49,646 bases of DNA, from IMG/VR virus record IMGVR_UViG_3300045988_091802; one strand, given 5' to 3'. The notes beneath the pieces are model-generated. The model saw nothing but the letters and a program-made list of their open reading frames with translations, ran no database searches and had not been told where the DNA came from. A program made the position numbers and the translations under genes. Shown piece after piece: positions 1 to 8,194 of the stretch. Source of the stretch: a virus. The first letter of the stretch is position 1; every line of letters begins with the position of its first letter.

Positions 1-99
1 ATTTTTTTGTACAAACTTCTTGAAGACCAAGAAACGGAACTTATAGGACGCTTTGACACGTTGAAAGAAGCGCAAGAAAAGGTAATAGAAATGACCGAG
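1..99. repeat. Terminal direct repeat: bases 1-99 are identical to 49548-49646
   Basis: Base-by-base comparison of the window ends shows identity. This fits a circular assembly or a short terminal redundancy. Confidence 0.95.
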
Positions 100-543
100 G
101 AAGACGAAGACACAACCGTTTTTGACTTCTACACGGACGAACAGGAATACGAAGAAATAACCGACCGCGTGAAATCATACGCCGACGCTTGCAAGGTATT
201 GGGCATAGAACCCATGAACGAGCAAAACATGAAAGCGCAAGGTTTCAGACCGGACGAAGTAGCCCGGCGCAAGTTGGAAACCATAACGGAAGCACTTAAC
301 GAGGGTTGGAAGCCGGATTGGAACAATACCGACCAATGCAAGTATTACCCTTACTTTTTCATAAGAGAAAACGCCAAAGCGGAAGGTACTGCCGGGCTCT
401 CGTATGCGGTTACGAAGTACGCGGCTACGGTTACGGGTGCGTACGTCGGCTCTCGGCTTTGCTTCCACGATAGCAACACGGCACGTTACGCCGGTAATAC
501 ATTCACGGAACTATACGAACAAATTTTAATAGAGAAGATATGA
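1..543 (+). CDS. DGR variable protein 2, a small non-structural paralog. The true start is ATG 49539 across the junction, giving 181 aa
   Basis: The frame is open from ATG 49539 through the junction to the stop at 543. It contains VR2 (..AGLSYAVTKYAATVTGAYVGSRLCF..). It is a paralog of 46775-47515, sharing SYxDACKVLG and GWKPDWNNxxQxKYYP. Confidence 0.8.
   Translation: MFLYKLLEDQETELIGRFDTLKEAQEKVIEMTEEDEDTTVFDFYTDEQEYEEITDRVKSYADACKVLGIEPMNEQNMKAQGFRPDEVARRKLETITEALNEGWKPDWNNTDQCKYYPYFFIRENAKAEGTAGLSYAVTKYAATVTGAYVGSRLCFHDSNTARYAGNTFTELYEQILIEKI
391..463 (+). repeat. DGR variable repeat VR2, aligned to TR 36433-36505
   Basis: Hand alignment of 73 bp gives 14 mismatches, 13 at TR adenines. 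The exception is TR T36459 versus G417. Confidence 0.85.
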
Positions 544-1385
544 AACAGCCCGAAAAGATACAGACACGCAAGGACGAAGTACGCTTCAAGACTTCAGACA
601 CACGCCGGATAATCGGAAAGTATTTGGCGGCAAACGTATTGAAAACGTGGAAAGAAGATTTTTTAGACGAAAGCACAGGCGAAGTAATTACGATTGAGCG
701 CAATGAGCTTTTGTTTGAACGTGGAAAGTATATAGATAACGATTTGGCTACGCGGATAAATTTCAGCATCCAAGCAGAAGACATCAAGGAAGTAGAGGTA
801 AGCAACCAACGCCGATTAGCCACGCAGAACAAACGGACGGGACTTTACCCGTTTAAGGTAAGCGCGTCTATTGGAATGAAGCGGCATAACTTCATTTTAC
901 AGGCGCAGAACGCAACAAAGGCAATAGAAGTAGCAACCGACTTTATAGAATTGAACTTTTCCCAGTCTTTCGACATAACAGGCGTTAAGCTGATGGACGA
1001 CGTTGTTATCCTTAACGACAGGTTGAGAAAGTATGTAGAAGCACAGGAAGGAGCGAACGAAGAAGGGGAAGAAGAAGACAACGCGGAGGAACAGCGCGGC
1101 GATGTCAAGTATTACAAAGTTGAAGCGGAAGTAACGATCAAGACGGAAGACGAAGAAGAACCGAATAAGACATGCTACGACTTCATTGTACGCACGAAAG
1201 ACGTAGATACGGCAAAGGTGGTAATAACGGCGTGGATTGACGCAAAGGTTAAGGAACGGACAGAAAAGGACGGAGACGAACGTAAGATAGTGGATATTTC
1301 CATACTTTCAGCCGCTCCGTTTGCTTGTAACGCTATTGTTGAAAAGGCTTTTTGTATGGCATACAAAGATGAAGAAGTAAAGTAA
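540..1385 (+). CDS. Hypothetical acidic protein
   Basis: 281-aa ORF with an ATGA overlap onto the upstream gene. It has an E/D-rich central segment and no motif I recognise. Confidence 0.65.
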   Translation: MKQPEKIQTRKDEVRFKTSDTRRIIGKYLAANVLKTWKEDFLDESTGEVITIERNELLFERGKYIDNDLATRINFSIQAEDIKEVEVSNQRRLATQNKRTGLYPFKVSASIGMKRHNFILQAQNATKAIEVATDFIELNFSQSFDITGVKLMDDVVILNDRLRKYVEAQEGANEEGEEEDNAEEQRGDVKYYKVEAEVTIKTEDEEEPNKTCYDFIVRTKDVDTAKVVITAWIDAKVKERTEKDGDERKIVDISILSAAPFACNAIVEKAFCMAYKDEEVK

Positions 1386-1433
1386 TTAACCGGGGGCGCG
1401 TCTTCCGGCGTGTCCCCATAAACACAGCAAGCG

Positions 1434-2366
1434 ATGAGCCAAGACAGCATTATAATTTACCGCGATATAAGGGAAGCCGTTATGGGTTTGCCGCCCGAAT
1501 TGTGTAAGGCGGTAATGAAGGTTATTTTTGACTACGCATTTGATGACATAGAACCCGAAGAAGATACGGACGCGGTTGTTAAAGGTTTCTATTTGGCGTT
1601 TAAGTCAAGATTTGACATGAATATAGCCCGGCTGGAGAAAAACAAGGCGAACGGGAAAAAGGGAGGAAACCCCAATTTCACAAAGGGGAAACGCAACCCG
1701 TATTATCCCAAAGAAGATAACCAACAGCAAGAAAAAAATAACCGAGAGATAACCGAGAATATAAGCGGAGATAACCCAAAGATAACCCAAAGCGGAAAGA
1801 AAGATAACCGAGATATAACCGAAGATAACGGAATAGATAAACGGGGTATAACCGAAAAACGGGCAAAATCGGATAAGCGAGGGATAACCGAAGATAACCC
1901 AAACATAACCGAGAATGAAGAAAAAGATAACCCAAACATAAGCGAAGATAACCTATATCTATATCCATATCAATATAATAATAATTCTGTTGTTGATGTT
2001 GTTGATGATAACGCGCACGCGCGAGAACGAGAAAACAACAAGAAGTTTTTGGATGAGTTCTTCAAGGAAACGAACCGGGCGCAAATTGAGGTAATTTGTA
2101 TGCAGCTTCACACAAACCCGGAAACTTTGCGGAGCGAAGCCGAAGAAGTCATAGCGGAATGGGAACTAACGGAAGCCACGCACAGCGATTACACCGAACA
2201 GGCGCGGCACTTGATAAACCAACTACGGATAAAATACCGTTCAAAAGCGAATAACGATGGAACAGCAAGAGCAAGAAAAGCAGCAGCCGAAACAACCCCA
2301 ACGGGTAAACTTGGAACTGTTTGCGAAGGCAATAAGGCAAAGAAGAAACTGCGAAGCACGATTTAG
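1434..2366 (+). CDS. Replication organizer/initiator-like protein with a DUF6291-like N-terminus and an internal DNxxIT repeat region
   Basis: The N-terminus (DSIIIYRDIREAV...NIARLEKNKANGKKGG) resembles phage replisome-organizer-like DUF6291 proteins. It sits directly upstream of a DnaC-like loader and carries an iteron-like array. Confidence 0.6.
   Translation: MSQDSIIIYRDIREAVMGLPPELCKAVMKVIFDYAFDDIEPEEDTDAVVKGFYLAFKSRFDMNIARLEKNKANGKKGGNPNFTKGKRNPYYPKEDNQQQEKNNREITENISGDNPKITQSGKKDNRDITEDNGIDKRGITEKRAKSDKRGITEDNPNITENEEKDNPNISEDNLYLYPYQYNNNSVVDVVDDNAHARERENNKKFLDEFFKETNRAQIEVICMQLHTNPETLRSEAEEVIAEWELTEATHSDYTEQARHLINQLRIKYRSKANNDGTARARKAAAETTPTGKLGTVCEGNKAKKKLRSTI
1717..1953 (+). repeat. 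Phased ATAACC iteron-like array; candidate origin iterons inside the replication gene
   Basis: 13 perfect ATAACC plus 4 one-mismatch copies in 237 bp. Spacing is about 10-12 bp or multiples of that. An AT-rich tract follows at 1953-1990. Confidence 0.6.
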
Positions 2367-2976
2367 AATCGACCGTTACACGCAGGACGTACCGGCGATG
2401 TTGCGCGAGTGCTACCGCTACGAAGTGGAACGAAGGGGGCATGTTTTCAACGAAGACGAAGCCACAAAAGACCACATAATACGCGCGGCAAAGTGGTTGC
2501 TCGGAGTGAGTACGAAGCCGGGGTTATTCCTATACGGCGAGCCGGGGAACGGGAAAACGACCTTAGCCCGTTCGATTGTGCAGCTTATAGGGACGCTGTA
2601 TTATAGCAGCCTTTCCACGGAGCGGAAAGAGGTAACAACCATTCCGGCATCAGCACTTACGGAAGCGGCACGGGGTGAAAAGCAAGATTTGTTAAACCGC
2701 TTGAAGGCAACCGAACTTCTTTACATAGACGATGTAGGAACAGAACCTGCGAGCGTGAAGGTTTGGGGTAACGAGGTTAGCCCGTTGGTTGATTTGCTTT
2801 ACCACCGCTACGACCGCCAACTGTTTACGGTCATTACTTCAAATTTGATTGGCGACGAAGATATAGCACAGCGGTACGGCATACGGGTAGCCGACAGATT
2901 TATAGAAATGTTCGATTTGATAGGCTTCGAGAACCCAAGTTACAGACCAAGACTAACAGCGTTAAACAAGCCGTAG
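2257..2976 (+). CDS. DnaC/IstB-like AAA+ helicase loader
   Basis: Walker A GEPGNGKTT and Walker B LLYIDDVG are present. An alternative in-frame start is ATG 2398, just after the upstream stop. Confidence 0.75.
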   Translation: MEQQEQEKQQPKQPQRVNLELFAKAIRQRRNCEARFRIDRYTQDVPAMLRECYRYEVERRGHVFNEDEATKDHIIRAAKWLLGVSTKPGLFLYGEPGNGKTTLARSIVQLIGTLYYSSLSTERKEVTTIPASALTEAARGEKQDLLNRLKATELLYIDDVGTEPASVKVWGNEVSPLVDLLYHRYDRQLFTVITSNLIGDEDIAQRYGIRVADRFIEMFDLIGFENPSYRPRLTALNKP

Positions 2977-3097
2977 GCGCACAGAAATACCCCAATTTTC
3001 GACTAAAACGGCGATTGCGGTAAAATGGACGTGCGAAGTGGAAAAACGCGCCAAATGGAAGAAAAAGGGCAAATTAGGAAACTTCAAAAAACAAGGT

Positions 3098-3697
3098 ATG
3101 AAAATATACATAAGCGGACAGATAACCGGGCTTCCGGTTGAGGAATACACGGAAAGGTTTAACAGGGCGGAAGCCTACCTTACCGGGAAAGGCTACGAAG
3201 TAGTAAACCCACTTCGCAACGGTGTACCTTCCGGCGCACGTTGGCAGGAACAGATGAAGGCGGATATAAGGCTATTGCTTGATTGCGGCGCAATTTACTT
3301 GCTTGCTAATTGGGAGAAAAGCATCGGGGCGACTTTGGAACGGGAAATAGCAAAAGGGCTGGGCTTGATTATTGAGTATGAGAAAACGCCGAAGCACCGC
3401 GATATAAAAGCGGCGATACTAACAGTTATGGGCGTTGATTTCAAATCAATAGCGGAAGACAGCCGTAACCGTTGGCACGTTTACGCCCGGATGATTTACG
3501 CGCACCATTGCAAGAAGCGCGGAGAGCATACGCAAGGGATAGCGGAAGAAACGAGCCACGACCAAAGCACGATCTGTTACTATTTGCGCAACTACGATAC
3601 GGAATACAGGTTTAACCGTGAGTTCAGAGCCGCAGCCGAAAAGGTTGCGACCCTTCTAAGTGAAAAGTTAAGTAACCCAACGGACGTATTAAAGTAA
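3098..3697 (+). CDS. DUF4406-like domain (nucleoside 2-deoxyribosyltransferase-like fold) fused to a DnaA domain IV-like HTH
   Basis: The N-terminus (MKIYISGQITGLP...NWEKSIGATLEREIA) matches the DUF4406 pattern. The C-terminus (WHVYARMIYAHHC...HDQSTICYYL) resembles the DnaA C-terminal HTH. The ORF track offers a GTG at 3038, but I prefer ATG 3098. Confidence 0.6.
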   Translation: MKIYISGQITGLPVEEYTERFNRAEAYLTGKGYEVVNPLRNGVPSGARWQEQMKADIRLLLDCGAIYLLANWEKSIGATLEREIAKGLGLIIEYEKTPKHRDIKAAILTVMGVDFKSIAEDSRNRWHVYARMIYAHHCKKRGEHTQGIAEETSHDQSTICYYLRNYDTEYRFNREFRAAAEKVATLLSEKLSNPTDVLK

Positions 3698-3703
3698 TTC
3701 GAT

Positions 3704-3961
3704 ATGGAAAAGATAGAACAAAAACGTAGGGAGTGCAAACAACCTTCATTGCAACAGCTTGTATCGTCGTTAAAGCCGTGCAAGATATTAGACGAAGTAG
3801 AATATCAAATCCTATTCACAAGAAGGAAGGACAATAAAGAACCGGATAAATGGAGCGCAGGTTATTATAGCTTCGATAATTGCTGTTGGCTTTTGGTTGG
3901 GTACGGGAAAACTTTAAGAAGTGCAATTTTACACCTTAAAAAGCAATTAAGATTGAGATAA
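3704..3961 (+). CDS. Hypothetical protein
   Basis: 85-aa ORF packed tightly between neighbouring genes. Confidence 0.5.
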   Translation: MEKIEQKRRECKQPSLQQLVSSLKPCKILDEVEYQILFTRRKDNKEPDKWSAGYYSFDNCCWLLVGYGKTLRSAILHLKKQLRLR

Positions 3962-4914
3962 TGGATATAGAAACGTTACAAAAGCGTCAGAGGTGGACGT
4001 TAGAACAAAAGATAGACCATGCAGTAGCAACCGTAGAAAGCTATATAGCAAGAACTGGGAAAACGCCTTACGTCAGCTTTTCCGGTGGTAAGGATAGTAC
4101 GGTTTTACTTGATTTGGTACGCCGCTTTGTCAGCAAAGAGGTTAAGGGCGTTTTCTGTAACACAGGTAATGAATTTCCCGAAATAGTGCGCTTTGCGCGT
4201 TCTACGCCTAACGTTACGGTTATACACCCTAAACAAACCGTTAAGGCGGTTTTAGCAACATACGGTTTTCCATTGATAAGCAAGGAACAGGCTCACGGGA
4301 TAAGGCAAGCGAGAACAACCAAAAGCGAGAAGCTGCGTAAGATACGCCTTTACGGAACGGATAGGAACAAAGGGTATATTTCCGGGAAAATATCCGATAA
4401 GTGGCAGTTCCTTATAAACGCACCGTTCATGGTTTCAGAGCAATGCTGCGAGTGCTTAAAGAAAAGACCATTTAAGCAATATCAGAAAGAAACGGGCGAA
4501 GTTCCTATAATTGGAACATTGGCGACGGAAAGCGAAGCAAGAAAGCAACAATACGTTAGACGTGGTGGCTGCAATTCTTTCCGTGAAGGTCATTTAGGAA
4601 GTTACCCGTTAAGCATTTGGACGGACGCGGATATATGGGCGTACTTGCGGAAATTTAATGTTCCCTATTGCGAATTATACAACAAAGGAGCGGTTAGAAC
4701 CGGATGTATGTTTTGCGGATTTGGCGCACATTTGGAAAAGCCGACTTCTTCACGGTTTGCCATGCTTTACTACTTACACCCGAAAGCATACGAGGTATTC
4801 ATGAGGTATGAAAATAACGGGATTACCTACCGCGAAGCATTACGCGCCGTTGGTGTGGTTTTACCCGACGAATATAGACAACTAAATTTATTTCAAGATT
4901 ATGAGCGAATATAA
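3961..4914 (+). CDS. PAPS reductase-like PP-loop ATPase family protein
   Basis: PP-loop motif YVSFSGGKDST is present, with C-terminal Cys clusters (CCECLKK, GCMFCGFG). Confidence 0.75.
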   Translation: MDIETLQKRQRWTLEQKIDHAVATVESYIARTGKTPYVSFSGGKDSTVLLDLVRRFVSKEVKGVFCNTGNEFPEIVRFARSTPNVTVIHPKQTVKAVLATYGFPLISKEQAHGIRQARTTKSEKLRKIRLYGTDRNKGYISGKISDKWQFLINAPFMVSEQCCECLKKRPFKQYQKETGEVPIIGTLATESEARKQQYVRRGGCNSFREGHLGSYPLSIWTDADIWAYLRKFNVPYCELYNKGAVRTGCMFCGFGAHLEKPTSSRFAMLYYLHPKAYEVFMRYENNGITYREALRAVGVVLPDEYRQLNLFQDYERI

Positions 4915-5281
4915 GACGATACCCGGATTTTCAAGATACCGGATAAATACAGAAACAAAAGAAGTTCAAAGCAACGCATACGGTAAGGGTTGGGAAAAGA
5001 TAAAGCCGCACCGTAACGGGGATGTACGCATTATTTCAGATGACAGGACGATAGAATACTCAGGAAGCCAGATACGGATATTATACGCGGCACAAAGGAG
5101 CATTAACCCGGCAAAAATGGGCAAGCACCTTGCAGTAGTAGAGCAACAGGACGGCGAATTAGTTTTGTTGGATAGAAAGGCGTTTATAGAACGCAACTTG
5201 AAACAGAAGAAAGCAAGGAGCGTAGAAGTAGCAAAAGAAGAATACAAAAACGCGATAGAGTTCTGCCGTTGCGTGTATTAA
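4901..5281 (+). CDS. NUMOD4-like motif protein
   Basis: The N-terminus IPGFSRYRINTETKEVQS resembles the NUMOD4 motif. No HNH catalytic motif is visible. Confidence 0.45.
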   Translation: MSEYKTIPGFSRYRINTETKEVQSNAYGKGWEKIKPHRNGDVRIISDDRTIEYSGSQIRILYAAQRSINPAKMGKHLAVVEQQDGELVLLDRKAFIERNLKQKKARSVEVAKEEYKNAIEFCRCVY

Positions 5282-5299
5282 CCATAAAATTAAAGAATT

Positions 5300-5743
5300 A
5301 TGTTAGTGATTGAGTTTTGCGGTTTCGTGGGTAACGATGCCGAGATTAAAGAGTTTAACGGACAAAAGTTTATTTCGTTCAACGTAGCGACTTCCGAGCG
5401 TTACAAGGACGCACAGGGGAACACGGTAAGCCGTACAACGTGGGTAAGCTGCTTAAAGCCCGGAGAAAGTGCGGTAGTGCAATACTTGAAGAAAGGAACG
5501 CAGGTATTTGTTAGGGGCGACTTTTCCGCAAAGACCTTTACGGGCGCGAACGGCGTACAGGTTGGAGTAAACTGCCGAGTAAGGGAACTTCAACTATTGG
5601 GAACGAAGCAGGACGCAGGACAACAAGCAGCAACGCAAGCCGGGCAACCGGTGGCACCAGCATCGGCGCAACCGCAAGCACCGGCATACGGTGGTAATAA
5701 CCCATTCGGAGAAACAAATGATAAGGATGATTTGCCATTTTAA
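5300..5743 (+). CDS. ssb: Single-stranded DNA-binding protein
   Basis: OB-fold-like N-terminus, a Q/A/P-rich linker and the canonical acidic tail DDLPF. Confidence 0.85.
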   Translation: MLVIEFCGFVGNDAEIKEFNGQKFISFNVATSERYKDAQGNTVSRTTWVSCLKPGESAVVQYLKKGTQVFVRGDFSAKTFTGANGVQVGVNCRVRELQLLGTKQDAGQQAATQAGQPVAPASAQPQAPAYGGNNPFGETNDKDDLPF

Positions 5744-5752
5744 GGAGTGATT

Positions 5753-6208
5753 ATGAAAACAGTAGTTTTGCTTAGTAAAGTATTCTTTGAGGGGCATCCG
5801 AAGGCAGGGCAACCGACCAATTTTGCCAAGAGTGTAAAAGACGGTTGCAAACGCCACACGGTAAGGAGCAATTATGCGTATTGGGAAAAGAAGATAGCCG
5901 CGCTAAAAAAGCAAGGCGGAACGCTTTGCATACGCCAATGGAGCGGAAAGCCTTACAGAAGCCAACAGGAAACAGTTTTAGAAGTACCTGCTTCGGTTAT
6001 TGGTATTCAGAAAGTAGTAATAGCACAAACGGGCGTAAACCAGCTATCAACACAGGTTGATGGGCGCGAAGTACCGATTTCAGAGATAGCGAAAAACGAT
6101 GGATTAAACAGCGTGGAGTTTACCGAGTTCTTACGACCAATTTTGAAGACCTCGGAAGGGTACGAAACAACATTTGCCGTCATTCATTTTACAAATTTCA
6201 GATATTAA
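5753..6208 (+). CDS. Hypothetical protein, possibly ASCH-like
   Basis: AAGGAG sits 5 nt upstream of ATG 5753. Function is unknown. Confidence 0.55.
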   Translation: MKTVVLLSKVFFEGHPKAGQPTNFAKSVKDGCKRHTVRSNYAYWEKKIAALKKQGGTLCIRQWSGKPYRSQQETVLEVPASVIGIQKVVIAQTGVNQLSTQVDGREVPISEIAKNDGLNSVEFTEFLRPILKTSEGYETTFAVIHFTNFRY

Positions 6209-6212
6209 GATT

Positions 6213-6452
6213 ATGAAGGAACGACTAATATGCTGCTTCTACATTCTTTTTGCGAAGCAATACGCCGTATTTACGGCAGACAAGAATAAAGCTGGGAATT
6301 ATACATCCTGCTACATAAAAGGAGATAAGATATTTCTTGCAGCAGTTGCAAACTACTTGAAAAAAGTAGCAAAGGAGCTTCGCGCAAGGGCGGAAGCGAT
6401 AGAAAACGAATTGAAGGAGGAAAGCGACGATGAAAATAAAGTGCAAGATTAA
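6213..6452 (+). CDS. Hypothetical protein
   Basis: ATG 6213 lies just after the upstream stop. About 79 aa. Confidence 0.45.
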   Translation: MKERLICCFYILFAKQYAVFTADKNKAGNYTSCYIKGDKIFLAAVANYLKKVAKELRARAEAIENELKEESDDENKVQD

Positions 6453-6723
6453 AGTTACCGAAGGCGTGATTTACGCCGGGATTAAGGAAGGAGTAAAAGC
6501 GTATTTGGAAACCATCAGAAAGGCGTTAGAGCAAGACGGGGACACATACAAAGACAATACCGGTAGTTTACGCCATTCAATGGGATATGTCATACTACGG
6601 AACGGGACACCGATAAACGACGAAGATATAAAAACGTACCGGAACAAACCAATAGAAGAAACAGGCGCGAAATACAGCGCGGCTGTAACTATTGGCGAAA
6701 CGACTAAAACCGTAGAGTTATGA
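6430..6723 (+). CDS. Hypothetical protein with a HK97 gp10-like signature
   Basis: NTGSLRHSMGYVILRNG parallels QTGNLRSSVGYVVFKDG in the tail-module protein 21907-22389. Confidence 0.5.
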   Translation: MKIKCKIKVTEGVIYAGIKEGVKAYLETIRKALEQDGDTYKDNTGSLRHSMGYVILRNGTPINDEDIKTYRNKPIEETGAKYSAAVTIGETTKTVEL

Positions 6724-6863
6724 CGCGCGAAGAAAAGATAGCCCGGCTAATTCGGGCAGGTTACAAAGTAAAACGATTAGGGCGGAACATAGAAGCCACG
6801 AACAGGAAAGGCACTTTTCGCGGCTCGGTGCATTTCGTACACCTACAAATTTTTGGTTATTGA
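6720..6863 (+). CDS. Small hypothetical protein (47 aa), below the ORF-track cutoff
   Basis: The ATG overlaps the upstream stop (ATGA) and the ORF fills an otherwise unexplained gap: MTREEKIARLIRAGYKVKRLG... Confidence 0.35.
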   Translation: MTREEKIARLIRAGYKVKRLGRNIEATNRKGTFRGSVHFVHLQIFGY

Positions 6864-6864
6864 T

Positions 6865-7095
6865 ATGGGGCATAAAGAATTTTTCGACAAGGTAGTAGCC
6901 ATGCGCAAGGCGCAAAAGGAATACTTCAAGACGCGATTACCTTCCGCGCTACAAAGTTCTAAGCAGTTGGAAGCCGAGATAGACGCGGAAATAAAGCGTG
7001 TGGAAAACATATTGGCAGAAAGGGAGAAAGCCCGGCAAACTTCTTTGTTTGGGGAATTTGACCGGGATTTGATAAACAGAGTAGATAACTATTAA
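6865..7095 (+). CDS. Hypothetical helical protein
   Basis: ATG 6865 lies directly after the small ORF's stop. The sequence looks coiled-coil-like. Confidence 0.5.
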   Translation: MGHKEFFDKVVAMRKAQKEYFKTRLPSALQSSKQLEAEIDAEIKRVENILAEREKARQTSLFGEFDRDLINRVDNY

Positions 7096-7105
7096 AGGCA
7101 GAACA

Positions 7106-7261
7106 ATGGACGATAACAGTTTGAGAATAGAGATAGAAAAGCCCGTAGCATATTTGCACCACAAAGCTACAAAATCGGTTATTCCGGTTTTCAAGCCGAT
7201 AAATTGGCTTCAAAGAAAGTTTATTAAGTGCTTGCTCGGTTTGGAATACAAGAAAGTTTGA
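7106..7261 (+). CDS. Small hypothetical protein (51 aa), below the ORF-track cutoff
   Basis: ATG 7106 to stop 7261 exactly fills the gap before ATG 7264. Confidence 0.35.
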   Translation: MDDNSLRIEIEKPVAYLHHKATKSVIPVFKPINWLQRKFIKCLLGLEYKKV

Positions 7262-7263
7262 GT

Positions 7264-7698
7264 ATGGCAAAGATGACCTTTGAAGAATTGCTGGCAAAAG
7301 CCAACGCGGAAACAACGAGGGCAAAGCCACGCCATGAGGAAAGCCAGTTGCAGCGTATTTGCGTAAAGTGGTTTAGGCTTCAGTACCCGGAATTGGCTAT
7401 CCTCCTTTTCGCCGTGCCAAACGGAGGGGCAAGAAACAAGCGAGAAGCCGGGATAATGAAAGCGGAAGGAGTAACCGCCGGAGTTGCGGATATAATACTG
7501 CTGATACCTTCCGGCGGCTACGCTTCACTTTGCATGGAGTTCAAGACCGAAAAGGGACGGCAGCAGGAAACGCAGAAGTTATGGCAACAGGCGGCAGAGC
7601 GAGCCGGGAACAAATACGCCATAATACGCAGCTTTGATGATTTTAGAACCGAAGTAAAGAACTACTTACCTCCTCCACCTTATAAGCGCAATACGTGA
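7264..7698 (+). CDS. VRR-NUC domain nuclease
   Basis: PD-(D/E)xK-type pattern ...GVADIILLIP...LCMEFKTEKG... is typical of VRR-NUC. Confidence 0.7.
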   Translation: MAKMTFEELLAKANAETTRAKPRHEESQLQRICVKWFRLQYPELAILLFAVPNGGARNKREAGIMKAEGVTAGVADIILLIPSGGYASLCMEFKTEKGRQQETQKLWQQAAERAGNKYAIIRSFDDFRTEVKNYLPPPPYKRNT

Positions 7699-7761
7699 AG
7701 TGTTGGCGAAGTGTTTTAGGGTTTACCGTATCATAATAATACGATAAACCCTTTAATTTTG
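7697..7761 (+). promoter_or_regulatory. Conserved promoter-type module P1: GAAGTGTTGGCGAAGTGTT, then GTATCATAATAATAC, then -7 box TAATTTTG
   Basis: 19-mer at 7697-7715, 15-bp palindrome at 7728-7742, TAnnTTTG at 7754-7761. The module is 20 nt upstream of ATG 7781. Confidence 0.6.
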
Positions 7762-7780
7762 CGGAAAAAGTGATACGACT

Positions 7781-8086
7781 ATGAACATTAAACAGATTAA
7801 AGAAAAGGTTTTGGGCTTCATTAAGAACATCCCGGCAGACAAAAAGAAGCACCTTATAGCCGGATTTATTGTTTGCGCCATTGTAAGCATGTTCTTTGGC
7901 TACATTATTGGCTTCATTTCGGCGTTGGTAGCCGCTGCTGGTAAAGAAGCCTACGACTACTTTACGAAGAAAGGAACGCCGGAGCTTGCCGATTTCATTT
8001 ACTCGGCGGTAGGCGCGGTTTGTTTCCTTATTGTGTCGGCATTGATTACATTGCTTTTTTACGCTTTTGTCATGCGTTCTATTTAG
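7781..8086 (+). CDS. Small integral membrane protein
   Basis: Three hydrophobic segments: LIAGFIVCAIVSMFFGYIIGFISALVAAA, FIYSAVGAVCFLIVSALITLLFYAFV. Confidence 0.6.
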   Translation: MNIKQIKEKVLGFIKNIPADKKKHLIAGFIVCAIVSMFFGYIIGFISALVAAAGKEAYDYFTKKGTPELADFIYSAVGAVCFLIVSALITLLFYAFVMRSI

Positions 8087-8139
8087 GCTTTTCAAGAAGC
8101 ATCATATAGCTGAGAGCAACGGCGATAGCCGAAGCGGAA

Positions 8140-8169
8140 GGGCGCGGCGACCAAACCACGCCCTTTTTT
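8140..8169 (+). terminator. Rho-independent terminator-like hairpin
   Basis: GGGCG...CGCCC stem followed by TTTTTT. Confidence 0.5.
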
Positions 8170-8194
8170 AATAAACCAATAGCGTAAGATAAAC

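Noticed and set aside
175-468. Minus-strand ORFs overlapping the three VRs (175-468, 35594-35944, 46886-47074), which share a '..KPRAEVR(T/N)R.RSR..' peptide
   Set aside because: The shared peptide is just the reverse-complement translation of the conserved VR/TR sequence. The + strand ORFs carry the coherent paralogous proteins and fit the gene order.
1717-1953. Short-repeat array considered as a CRISPR array
   Set aside because: The repeat unit is only 6-11 bp at helical spacing, with no 25-40 bp spacers and no cas genes. It lies inside a continuous ORF. It is better explained as iterons or a peptide repeat.
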